Shown here: piece after piece, positions 54,853 to 63,900 of the stretch | Position numbering within the stretch: the stretch's first letter is position 1 | Layout of the letters: each line of letters opens with the position of its first letter | Origin: Chara braunii | Taxonomy: Eukaryota > Plantae > Charophyceae | DNA: 63,900 nucleotides | NCBI GenBank assembly: GCA_003427395.1 | Contig: BFEA01000042.1 | Location: 3,087,544 to 3,151,443, forward strand | Reading direction: 5' to 3' | The notes under the pieces: generated by a model | Databases searched by the model: none | Told to the model about the DNA's origin: nothing | What the model saw: the letters and a program-made list of their open reading frames with translations, nothing else | Position numbers and translations under genes: made by a program

Positions 54853-56084
54853 TGCAATAACCCATGTCATATGTCTCGTAGAAATCTTAGGGCCGACCTA
54901 GCCGCCCTCAGCCAGGCCAAAAACGAGGTAAGGGACCCCACACAGGGATTGAGGGCCTGGGTGAACCACAACTGTCGCGACCCCAACAGCCAAAGTCGAA
55001 AGGTATCCAGTCCAGGCCACCGGTCAAGCACAGACACTTGTTTGTATGCAGGTACCCTGACAACATTAAGTCCGAGGGGGAATTCTGCAACTATACAATC
55101 CAGGCCTTTGGCTGTGACTCAATCTGGACGACTGAGGGGAGGAGACTCGAGGGCAGAGAGCCTCGTCAAACACTACTTAAAGTTTGACCTGGAGGTGGTC
55201 AGCTATACAGGTTCAACGCTGGCTTGACTTTGACTTGACGGTGGCATTATGCTAGCGCGACTCTTGCTAGACGCTGGCTGTGCATCAGAGCTACGGGCGA
55301 CGACACGAGGGAGAGGCGACGCTGGCATTGTATGCCAGGCATGCTGATGTGGCACTGCCTGTAGTCTTCATGGCATGCTGATGTGGTGCAGCCTATGGTC
55401 TACGTGGCATGTTGACGTGGCGCTGCCTCTGGTATACATGGCGCTGCCTATGGTCTACGTGACATGCTAACATGGCGCTGCGTTTGGTATACGTGGCACT
55501 ACCTATGGTCTACGTGGTATGCTGACGTGGCCCTGCCTCTCATATACGTGGCGCTGCCTATGGTCTACGTGGCATGCTGACGTGGCGCTGCCTCTGGTAT
55601 GTGTGGCGCTATTTCTGGTCTACGTAGCGCTGTAATCGGTTTTCATTGATGAAGTGGCATATGCCACCTGTCTTCGTTGTTGACATGGCATTGTCCACGC
55701 TGTCTCTATGAGGTGACTGGTTGCGAGGAAGAGGAAGATCAGGGTTGTGGAGAGATCGTGAATACATACTTGGTTGTCTTCATGTTGACATTGCTCCAGA
55801 GATGATGAGGGACTAATTAGACGTGTCATTTGGCACATTGAGGTTACTTCAGATACTCGTTCAGACTGTCTATTATTGAAGTGTTGGAGGAGGGAGCCCA
55901 AAGCAGGAGTGGGCATTGTATTTCCTCTCCTTTGTTTAATTTTACTCCTCTCTTCTTCGTCTGTGTATGATTATCTCATCTCATTTTGTCTGGACACGAT
56001 CTTGATTATTGGTACTCATCAGTTGTTGAAATTCATCTCGATTTGCATTGTTGATAACCGTTTGCACGATCTGGGTTCATTGCA
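54853..56084 (+). mobile_element. 5' LTR of gypsy-B
   Basis: Starts TGCAATAACCCA and ends TGGGTTCATTGCA (terminal inverted repeat). PBS follows 2 nt later. Confidence 0.8.
55325..55630 (+). promoter_or_regulatory. 55-bp tandem repeat in LTR, three ACGTGGC (ABRE/G-box-like) cores per unit
   Basis: Perfect ACGTGGC at 55402, 55415, 55491, 55525, 55546, 55567, 55580. Single-transition variants at the other registers. Confidence 0.6.
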
Positions 56085-56086
56085 AT

Positions 56087-56097
56087 TGGTATCAGAG
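56087..56097 (+). promoter_or_regulatory. Primer-binding site, initiator tRNA-Met
   Basis: TGGTATCAGAG directly after the LTR-terminal CA. Confidence 0.9.
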
Positions 56098-56989
56098 AAA
56101 CTCTTCATTGAGATCTGCTGTCAGTTGTCAAGTGCTGGCGTGACACCCAGGTAAGTGGGAGGTGCCGCATGTGCAATATGAAACGCGTTTATTAACGCGC
56201 GCGGTCACACCGCAAGTCTAGACATGGTAATAATGCACTTGCGAGCAGCGGTCCCTTGAAGATGATGACAATGCTACGCTGATGATTGAAAAGTTGCGTT
56301 GGCAACAGCCTGATGTGGCACTGGTACCGCTAATGTGGCATATTGTATGTGGCATGCAGGGCATGGTCTGACGTGGCACGTACCTGTTGCTGCTTTCTAT
56401 TGATGTGCTGACTTGGTATATTAATGGAAATCAGACTTGCATTGTGACGTGGCATCCCTACTTGTAGACCTATCGGGTCCTTGATTTGCTGACGTGGCAG
56501 ACTCTTTGAGTTGTTGTGTTGGTAGGCCAGGGGTGACACGTGGCATGTGTAAGGACTGTTCAAAGTGTGAATGTGCACTTGGGTTGTATTGCTCCTGCAG
56601 ATGATTGAGAAGAGGACTAACTATTGATCGTGTTGTGTGTTGGTTCTACTCACATGTTGGTTGTCTGTGGATGTTGTGCATACTTACTCTTGTGTTGTTG
56701 TCTTGATCACACTGGTCGTGGCTGCGGTACCTGTAGTAGTAGAGTGTCATCACAAACAATAGACAACAAAGTAAAAATTCAGGAAAGACTTGAAAATTTG
56801 TTTCTTTTGATAGTTTATTGTTGTAAAGTTGCTGCTGAAGACGCGTATACTGTGGAATTTATTTTTATCTTTTAATTTTATTTATTGTGCAGTAAATACA
56901 CGCGGACAAAAATGAACGCTCTCTGGAAATGTCTGTGTGTCTCAATCCTGACACGGTTCATTCCACTTTTCTTCTTTCCTATCCCGCTA

Positions 56990-59150
56990 ATGGTCTACGC
57001 TGATGAGGAAGTAGTGGACCTAAATACGCATGGACAGATTGATGCAAGGAGAGAGACTTTAATAAATCTCCTTCGCCAACTCCTTGGTGAAATACATAGT
57101 GCCGGACCAGCAGCTGAACAACACGTTCACGAAAAGTTCAACCTGCGAGCAGCAGAGGGTGAACTTGAGGCCGCGAAAACTAGTGTTCAGATGCTGGAAA
57201 CTGGGCGGCGAGTCGAGGAACTCATTCATAAAGGGTGTATAGCTCTTAACCGGTATGTTGCCGAGCAGTTAAAGGGATTGAGCTGGAAAGGAAAACAAGA
57301 AGAAAAGAAAGAGGAAAAGAAAGTAGAACCACAACTGTATGTGGAACTAATGGAAAAAAATGTCGGACATCTAGAGAATACTTTGAGAGAAGAAAGAACA
57401 AAATTTGAAAAACTCCGAAGAAAGAAAGAAGAGAGAGAACAGCAGGAAAATATGCTGGAAGAAATGAGGGAGCGGTTTCACTTCGAGGAAGTTGAGACTG
57501 ACCTGTCGTCCGTATTGCAATCTATCATGGCTTACCTTATTCATCTTGAAAGAAAAATAGACTATAACACTGTCTCATTGAAGACTATGATGATAATGAT
57601 GAAAGGTAAGGACAAGGTCAGTTTCGAGGAGGAGAAGAAGGGGGAAGTAGAAAAGAAACCACCCCAGGAGAAACTGATGAAAGATGCAATGCGACATGAG
57701 GACAAACCCGGACCCTCGAAGAAGGAATCCGAGGAACCGGCAGGGAAGAAAAAAGATCCAGCCGATAAGAAAGAAGAACCCGTCAAAAAGGCAGAGTCCG
57801 TAAAAGAAGCGTAAAAACCAAAGAAGACAGAAAAGGTTAAGATGAAATTGCCATTTACCTATAGCAACAAAAAGGAAGAAAATTTGTTGCTATGGATCGC
57901 CGAAATACAGACTTATTGCAACACTACACCCGTTGAGCGTGAAAGTCAGATTGCTTTCTCCACGTCTTGTCTGGGAGGAGTGGCCAAGGGATGGGTGCTG
58001 GTCGAAGCCAACGCCGTTGGCTTTGAGGACATAGGTGAATAGTCTAAGACCCTGACGTTGAGGCAGTTTCTCTAGAAAATCAAGGAGAGATTCCTCGATA
58101 AGACGACAGTCAATAAGGCTTTCGATGAACTCACAAGCATAGGCCAAAAACGTTGGACTTCTGTTGATGCTTTGGCTCGTGAAATGGACCGTCTGTTGCA
58201 GGTACATGGACCGAATTTTCAGGATAACCAGGTTCTCTACATCTATTCATGAATTTCACGTGCATTGCCCGAACCCATTCGTTGACAGCTCGTGGCAGAA
58301 GCTAAGTCTGGTAAGTATAACTATCAGCAGTTTCGCGCTCACACTTTCTAACAAAAGCAGATGACCACGCAGGTAAAAAGATCTTACGCTTCCATAGTCA
58401 AATCTGAACCGGTTGGTGGATATGGAAAGCAGGTCCTTTGGCGACAAAAGCGTCAGGATCATATGCTTGTTGTATTTGATGATGAGACAGTAGAAATGTT
58501 ACCTCTTGGTGAGTCTTAGGGAGGAGGAGATAACGACGGCAGTGAATCTGGGAAGGGTGATGTCACTGCTGTAATGGCCAACAAGGGAGGCCAGAACCAG
58601 TGAACAGCAATTTCGTCAAAACGGACATATTTTATTTTTTGAACGAAATTGAAAACTAAAAAATTGGCCCGATTTAGGTCGATATTTTCAGCTTCAAGGG
58701 GTACGGCGTTCTGAAAACGCCCTACCCCCTGGATGCAAACTAAGTCCAGATACATCCAAGGAGGGTACGGTGTTTTCAGAACGCCGTACCCCCTGGACTC
58801 CAGCTAAGTCCAGATACATCCAAGGGGTCCGGCGTTTTGAGGACGCCGAACCCTCAAGAGCTTGAAATTTCCACCTAAATCTTTCTAATTTATGAGGTTT
58901 CAATTTCGTTCAAAAAATAAAATATGTCCGTTATGACGAAATTGCTATTAGTGGAAGAAGAAGAGACTATGCTCGTTTCCTGAGCATCCCGGAATAGCAT
59001 TCGAGGGGCCGTGGGAAAAAATGAATATGACTCGTGAGGAATGGCAGTCTAAGATGAACAACCGCCAATGCCTCAAGTACGGCACCGTGGGGCACGTGAT
59101 AGCCTCGTGCCCACTTATTCGTAACCCAAAGGCGCGCAGCCGGTAGGAGT
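56990..59150 (+). pseudogene. gag: gypsy-B gag: coiled-coil N-terminus, retrotrans-gag core, decayed zinc knuckle
   Basis: K/E-rich ORF 56990-57814. KLPFTYSNKKEENLLLWIAEIQTY..CLGGVAKGW..KIKERF. CLKYGTVGHVIASC at 59069-59110. Stops and a MITE insertion. Confidence 0.85.
58603..58949. mobile_element. Foldback MITE with 4-bp TSD inserted in gag
   Basis: TIR AACAGCAATTTCGTCAAAACGGACATATTTTATTTTTTGAACGAAATTGAAA / TTTCAATTTCGTTCAAAAAATAAAATATGTCCGTTATGACGAAATTGCTATT. AGTG at 58599-58602 and 58950-58953. Confidence 0.85.
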
Positions 59151-59399
59151 AGCATCTGCTCCTACTGAGTCGAAGGGTAAAGACGAAGACAAAAGTAAGG
59201 CGCCTAGAATCCCTCTTACCCCTTCGACTCTCAAGGCAGAGGATGACTCTTCTTCCGCCCGTCGTCCAGACCATCCTGACAAAGTCCTTTGTTCTGTCTT
59301 ACTATACGATTTTCTTGACGAACTCGACAATGAACTAATAGCACTAAGGAATTTGTGGGCGAAGAAAACAAAGTCTAAGGGTGAGTTAATAATCACGGA

Positions 59400-60700
59400 T
59401 GTTGAGATTGCGCAAACGCGATTAGGTGCTCTGTTAGATCCGGGATCGACACGGTCTTATATCTCAGAGAAGGCAATTCAAAAATTGCATCTGAGAATGA
59501 AGGTAAAAGACTAACCTAGAGCTATTACGTCTATATTGGCTGACAAGAGCACGATCACTGTCTCTCAATACGTCGATCGTGTTAAATGTTACTTCAGAAC
59601 CAAGGAAGGTAAGAAAATTCTAAACGAGGTATCCTTCCTTATAGAGAAAAATTTACCCTTTGACTTAATTTTGGGTATGGATTGGTATGAGGAAGCCGAC
59701 CCAGAAGTTAAGTTTAAAGATAAGATTGTCAAACTCAAGGACGAGAAGTCCAAACTCCGTGCTATCGAGTTGTATCATAAGTCTGACTCTGACTCTACTC
59801 TGTCTTTCTGTTGTATGAGTTATCCAGCTTTTCGATCAATGGTCGTTAAAAAAAAGTTAGATTAAGAGGTGATGATGTTACTCGTCAAACGAGTAGGTGA
59901 GTGTTTTTCATCTTACCCACCTTTTATTGAAAAACTTTCTGACGAATACAAGGACTTGCAGACTTAGCCGACGGGAATCACTGACCGTGCTATTAAGCAC
60001 ATGATTGAGATCATTCCTGGAAGCCAAATTCCCAAGGGTCTTATCTACCGAATGTCTCATAGGGAACTTGAGGAACTGCGGAAGCAGTTGGAAGAACTTA
60101 CTGATAAAGGATGGATTCGCCCTAGCTCATCTCCTTATGGTGCGCCTGTCTTATTCGTGCCCAAAAAAGAAGGTGAACTTGACTTATGTATTGATTATCG
60201 CAGGCTGAATTCGGTCACGATTAAAAACGCGGAACCTCTTTTGCGCATTGATGATCTATTGGATAAGTTGCACCGGTGTAGATACTTCAGTAAGATTGAT
60301 TTCAAGTCAGGTATCACCAGATAGAGGTGGCACATGAGGGTCAACACAAGACGACTTTCCGAACCAGGTATGGTCACTAGGAGTTCGTAGTTATGCCTTT
60401 CGGTCTGACAAATGCATCTGCGACCTTCCAAAGGTCAATGAATGAGTTATTTCGTCAGTGGTTTGACCAATTTGTAGTAGTCTATCTCGACGACATTCTA
60501 CTGTATAGCAAAACACTAGAAGATCATGAAAAACACTTACGAATGGTCTTGCAGAAGTTGCGCGAGGGCAAGTTCAAATTGAATCCGAAGAAGTCTAAGT
60601 TTGCTAAGCCTGAAGCTTTGTACCTAGGGCATATAGTAAACGAAGAAGAACTAAGGCCTGAAGAAAAGAAGATTACAACAATCAGAGATTGGCCACAAGA
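59400..60700 (+). pseudogene. pol: gypsy-B pol: aspartic protease + RT, truncated after RT
   Basis: [68 protein letters not shown]. Ends at IRDWP. Confidence 0.92.
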
Positions 60701-60759
60701 CTGCAATAATGAGGAAGTGGTTGCGTCAGCATAATCAGGGCGTTGCTCGACATCAACAA

Positions 60760-61781
60760 CGGGGCGCTGATCATCACCAGCACCATCATCAACAGGGCGC
60801 AGTTTGACACCATCATAATAGTCAGGGTTCGCCATCATCATTAGCTCGTCGTCATCATCATCATCACCGTCATCATCAAAAGGGCGTGGTTCGACATCAT
60901 CATCACGATAATGGTTCGGCATCAGCATCAGGTGTCATCACTATCATCATCATCAGGGTGTCGCTCGTCATCAACATCAAGGCATGGGTGACGTGATTAT
61001 CCATGCTGCTCATCATGATGATTATCATCATTATTGTGTCTGCATAGGGCGCCGCAGGGTTGCTCATTATCATCATTATCATCATCATTGTCATTACGTT
61101 AGTATCATTACCATCATCAATAGTTCACCATCATAAGGCATCAACGAAAAATTTTCCTAGAATTAAATAATCATACTGTAGTAAAATTACAATCTAAATT
61201 TCAAATTTTCATTCCATCTTAAAAAATGTCATTCCAATTGTAAAAGTTTTCATCTTACTTGCAAACTTTCATTCCAAGAATAGGGTATCCCTTCTTATTT
61301 GGACTGCATGCTAGAGATGGAATAGAAGTCTGGATGAGTTCATGAAATATTTTAATTGGATTACCATTCTAAGTAAGGATTTTCAATGATAAATAAGTCA
61401 ACCCAATCTAAATTAGAAGACATTTATTGTAGTAGAACGAAAATTTAAATAAAACATTTCATAAACTCGTCCAGACTTTTATTCCATCTTGAACAAATAG
61501 ATGTAGTTGGAAGGGAAAGCTCATATTTAGACGGGAACTTATCAAATAAAACTGAAAATTCTAGAATTGGACGAACGTTGGAATCATAATTTATAATATA
61601 AAGGATTTTTTTTTTATGGAATGTTTTTTCGACTTCCATTTCTCGTGGGAATTTTTTTGTTGATTGTTGGCGAAGCTCGTCGTCATAGGGCGCTGCTCAC
61701 CATCATCATCACTAGGCTATCATCCAAGGTGCGCGTCATTAGCACCATCATCATCCTTTTGTCATGACAGGGCGCGGTGCG

Positions 61782-61837
<56 letters not shown>

Positions 61838-61936
61838 GACATCATCATCATCATCATCGACATCATCATCATCATCATCGACATCATCATCATCATCATC
61901 GATATCATCATCATCATCATCATCATCGACATCATT

Positions 61937-61985
<49 letters not shown>

Positions 61986-62220
61986 ACATCATCATCATCA
62001 TCAACATCATCAATTTGTAATCATAGGGCGTTGTTGGTACTGTTCTTCAGTATGATCAACAACATCATTATGTCTTCATTTTCATAATTACTATCATCAT
62101 CATCACTTTGTTATCATTAGATGTTGTTTTTCAAGGTCTTGTTTGCCTTTCACAGCGGCAGGTGAGTTGGTTGTTCTCATCATCTTCATCATCATCTTCA
62201 GGATGTTGTTCATCGTCATC
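60760..62220. repeat. (ATC)n-rich degenerate satellite with an AT-rich, weakly TIR-bounded insert at ~61141-61663
   Basis: Near-pure (CAT)n at 61783-62012 and recurring ATCATCATAGGGCG-like units. Insert ends TCAACGAAAAATT / AATTTTTTTGTTGA. Confidence 0.8.
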
Positions 62221-62399
62221 AGCAAATCCAAAAAAAGAAAACTCCCATCTACCTTTCTTAATCATAATTCTCATAAATTTTCTGTTCTTCCACTCATATC
62301 TTAGGAATTTGAGTTCCTAAAACTCTTGAGGCTCGTTTTTTCTTTTCTCCACTATGAATTTATGGTTCCCCTTCGGGCGCATTAACGAGTTATTTTTGT

Positions 62400-63700
62400 G
62401 TGGGTGGGGGATTGGGGTTTTAAGGAGGAGAGCTCTACTCCGCAGGGGCTTCATAAGGTGGGGGTTAAAATGCCCTGGAGAGAGTGGGGGCAAATTTTTC
62501 GGGGTTGCCCTATTCTGGGGCTGGGAGAGATGTATGGGCTGACATTATATCCCAGCGGAGGCAGATAGGGGTGAGGGGATGGCTGAGGCATACTTTGGGT
62601 GGAACTGAATGCCTTAGTGGAAGTAGGGGGAGGAAGTAGGTATATCCCAAGTTGGGGTCAATAAGGAGAGCTAAGAGTTTGTGATCAGGGCAGTCTTTTT
62701 CGGTGGAGGCAGCAGAGGGATAGGGGGAGATGTAGGGGAGGGGGGGAAATAATCTACAACAACGTTTGAAATTTTGGTTCTCCTCTTTAGTGTAAGCAAA
62801 TTGGTTCAGGTGAGGGAGTGGGTTGGGGGAGAACTCTACTGTGCATGGGCTTCACAAGGAGGGAGGTGATTGCCCCGAATGAAGACGGGGCAGATTTTGG
62901 GGGATGCTCTATTCTGGGGCTGGGGTAGATGTATGGGTCGACATCATATCCCAGCGGAGGCAGATAAGGGGAAGGGGTTGGCAGAGGCATACTTTGGGTG
63001 GGAGCTGGATGCCTTTGTGGGAGTAGGGGGGAATGGGTCTGTCCCAAGTTGGGGCCGATGAGGAGTGCTCGTGATCAGGGGCGGTCCTTTTTGGTGGAGG
63101 TAGCGGTGGGGCAGGGGGATGAGGGGAAAGGGGGGAATTTCTATATCTTTTGCTTGAATTTGGTTGGGACCTTTTCTGATTCTTCTTGGAATATTCAAAA
63201 CACGCACCCTTGTTATTTTCTGGTAGTTTGAAGAATCTCTCAAAACTCTGATGGACTGTTGGTGGTTAATACGAAGCTGCACTGGAATTAGACTGTTATA
63301 CTCAGGATCCGTGGTTGTTCAATGCTAGAACGACGCTGGCCGGAGCTGGGGTGATGCCATGTAGCTTGCCGAATGTGAGGATATGAGGCCTTGTAGAGAG
63401 ATTTGGGGATGCTATGCGGGGGCATCCTAAGGGACAGTTGGGGGTTGCTGACACAGGACGACACTGGTCGGAGCTGGAGTGAGTCGCGTTGCTCTGTAAG
63501 ACTGTAACCTAGCGGATAGGGGGCGTGAGGCTTGGATGAGTTTGACAGAGAAGAAGTCAGTTTTGGTGAGCTTTGTTATGATCTGCTGGAATTTTCTTAG
63601 ATACTTGAGTGTCTCAGAGAATTGCAGGTGGATTTCAGGAGGTGTTTAGCAATCGTAAAAAAAGATTCGTAGTTTTTTTCATCATCTATATTCGTAGTTT
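62400..63700 (-). mobile_element. Fragment related to the LINE-B ORF1/5' region, with a ~400-bp internal tandem duplication
   Basis: Units ~62425-62780 and ~62825-63170. Exact 18-mer TTCACAAGGAGGGAGGTG shared by 62851-62868 and 36261-36278. Confidence 0.5.
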
Positions 63701-63900
63701 TCTCATCATCTATCCCGATTTTCAGCAGCTTGTTTATGATCTTGGAGGATACTCTCAAGCCGAAACCGTTCAAACCGGGTAATGACCCCCGGGCCGGTAC
63801 GTCAATTTGTTCATAAATATTTTCAACATGTCTTCATATGGGACGCTGGGCCCGATTCCCAACACGTGCTGCTCCCCACGAATAGATTGGAGCAGGTCTT

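Noticed and set aside
61664-62087. Poly-His/Met/Ile/Ser ORFs, and the LSLS/HTHT/ERER ORFs at 11.3-15 kb, 19.3, 45 and 49 kb
   Set aside because: Translations of microsatellites.

Overview
Repeat-saturated eukaryotic DNA with no intact host gene. It looks streptophyte: plant-type U6, a tRNA-iMet PBS, and repeat ORFs that resemble those I recall from the charophyte Chara (an unverified inference). The window holds three decayed L1/Tx1-clade LINEs on the minus strand (one near full length) plus a fourth ORF1-like fragment, and three decayed Ty3/gypsy remnants. It also has a solo-LTR-like insertion, many MITE/foldback elements, tRNA-derived SINE heads, microsatellites, a retroposed U6 pseudogene with TSD, and a second U6-derived segment. 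Assembly artefacts are clear: N gaps, two Nextera mate-pair junction adapters and an apparently identical 1.6-kb duplicate. Main leads: (1) a C4HC3 PHD finger encoded between RNase H and integrase in a Ty3/gypsy pol; (2) three tandem modules resembling the SAM-binding motif of N4/N6 DNA methyltransferases; (3) U6-derived sequences; (4) a Nudix-like C-terminal domain in LINE ORF1 and a covarying 3'UTR stem-loop; (5) an ACGTGGC (ABRE/G-box) array in an LTR; (6) a cluster of GTCCCAC-bounded hairpins whose arms co-evolve.
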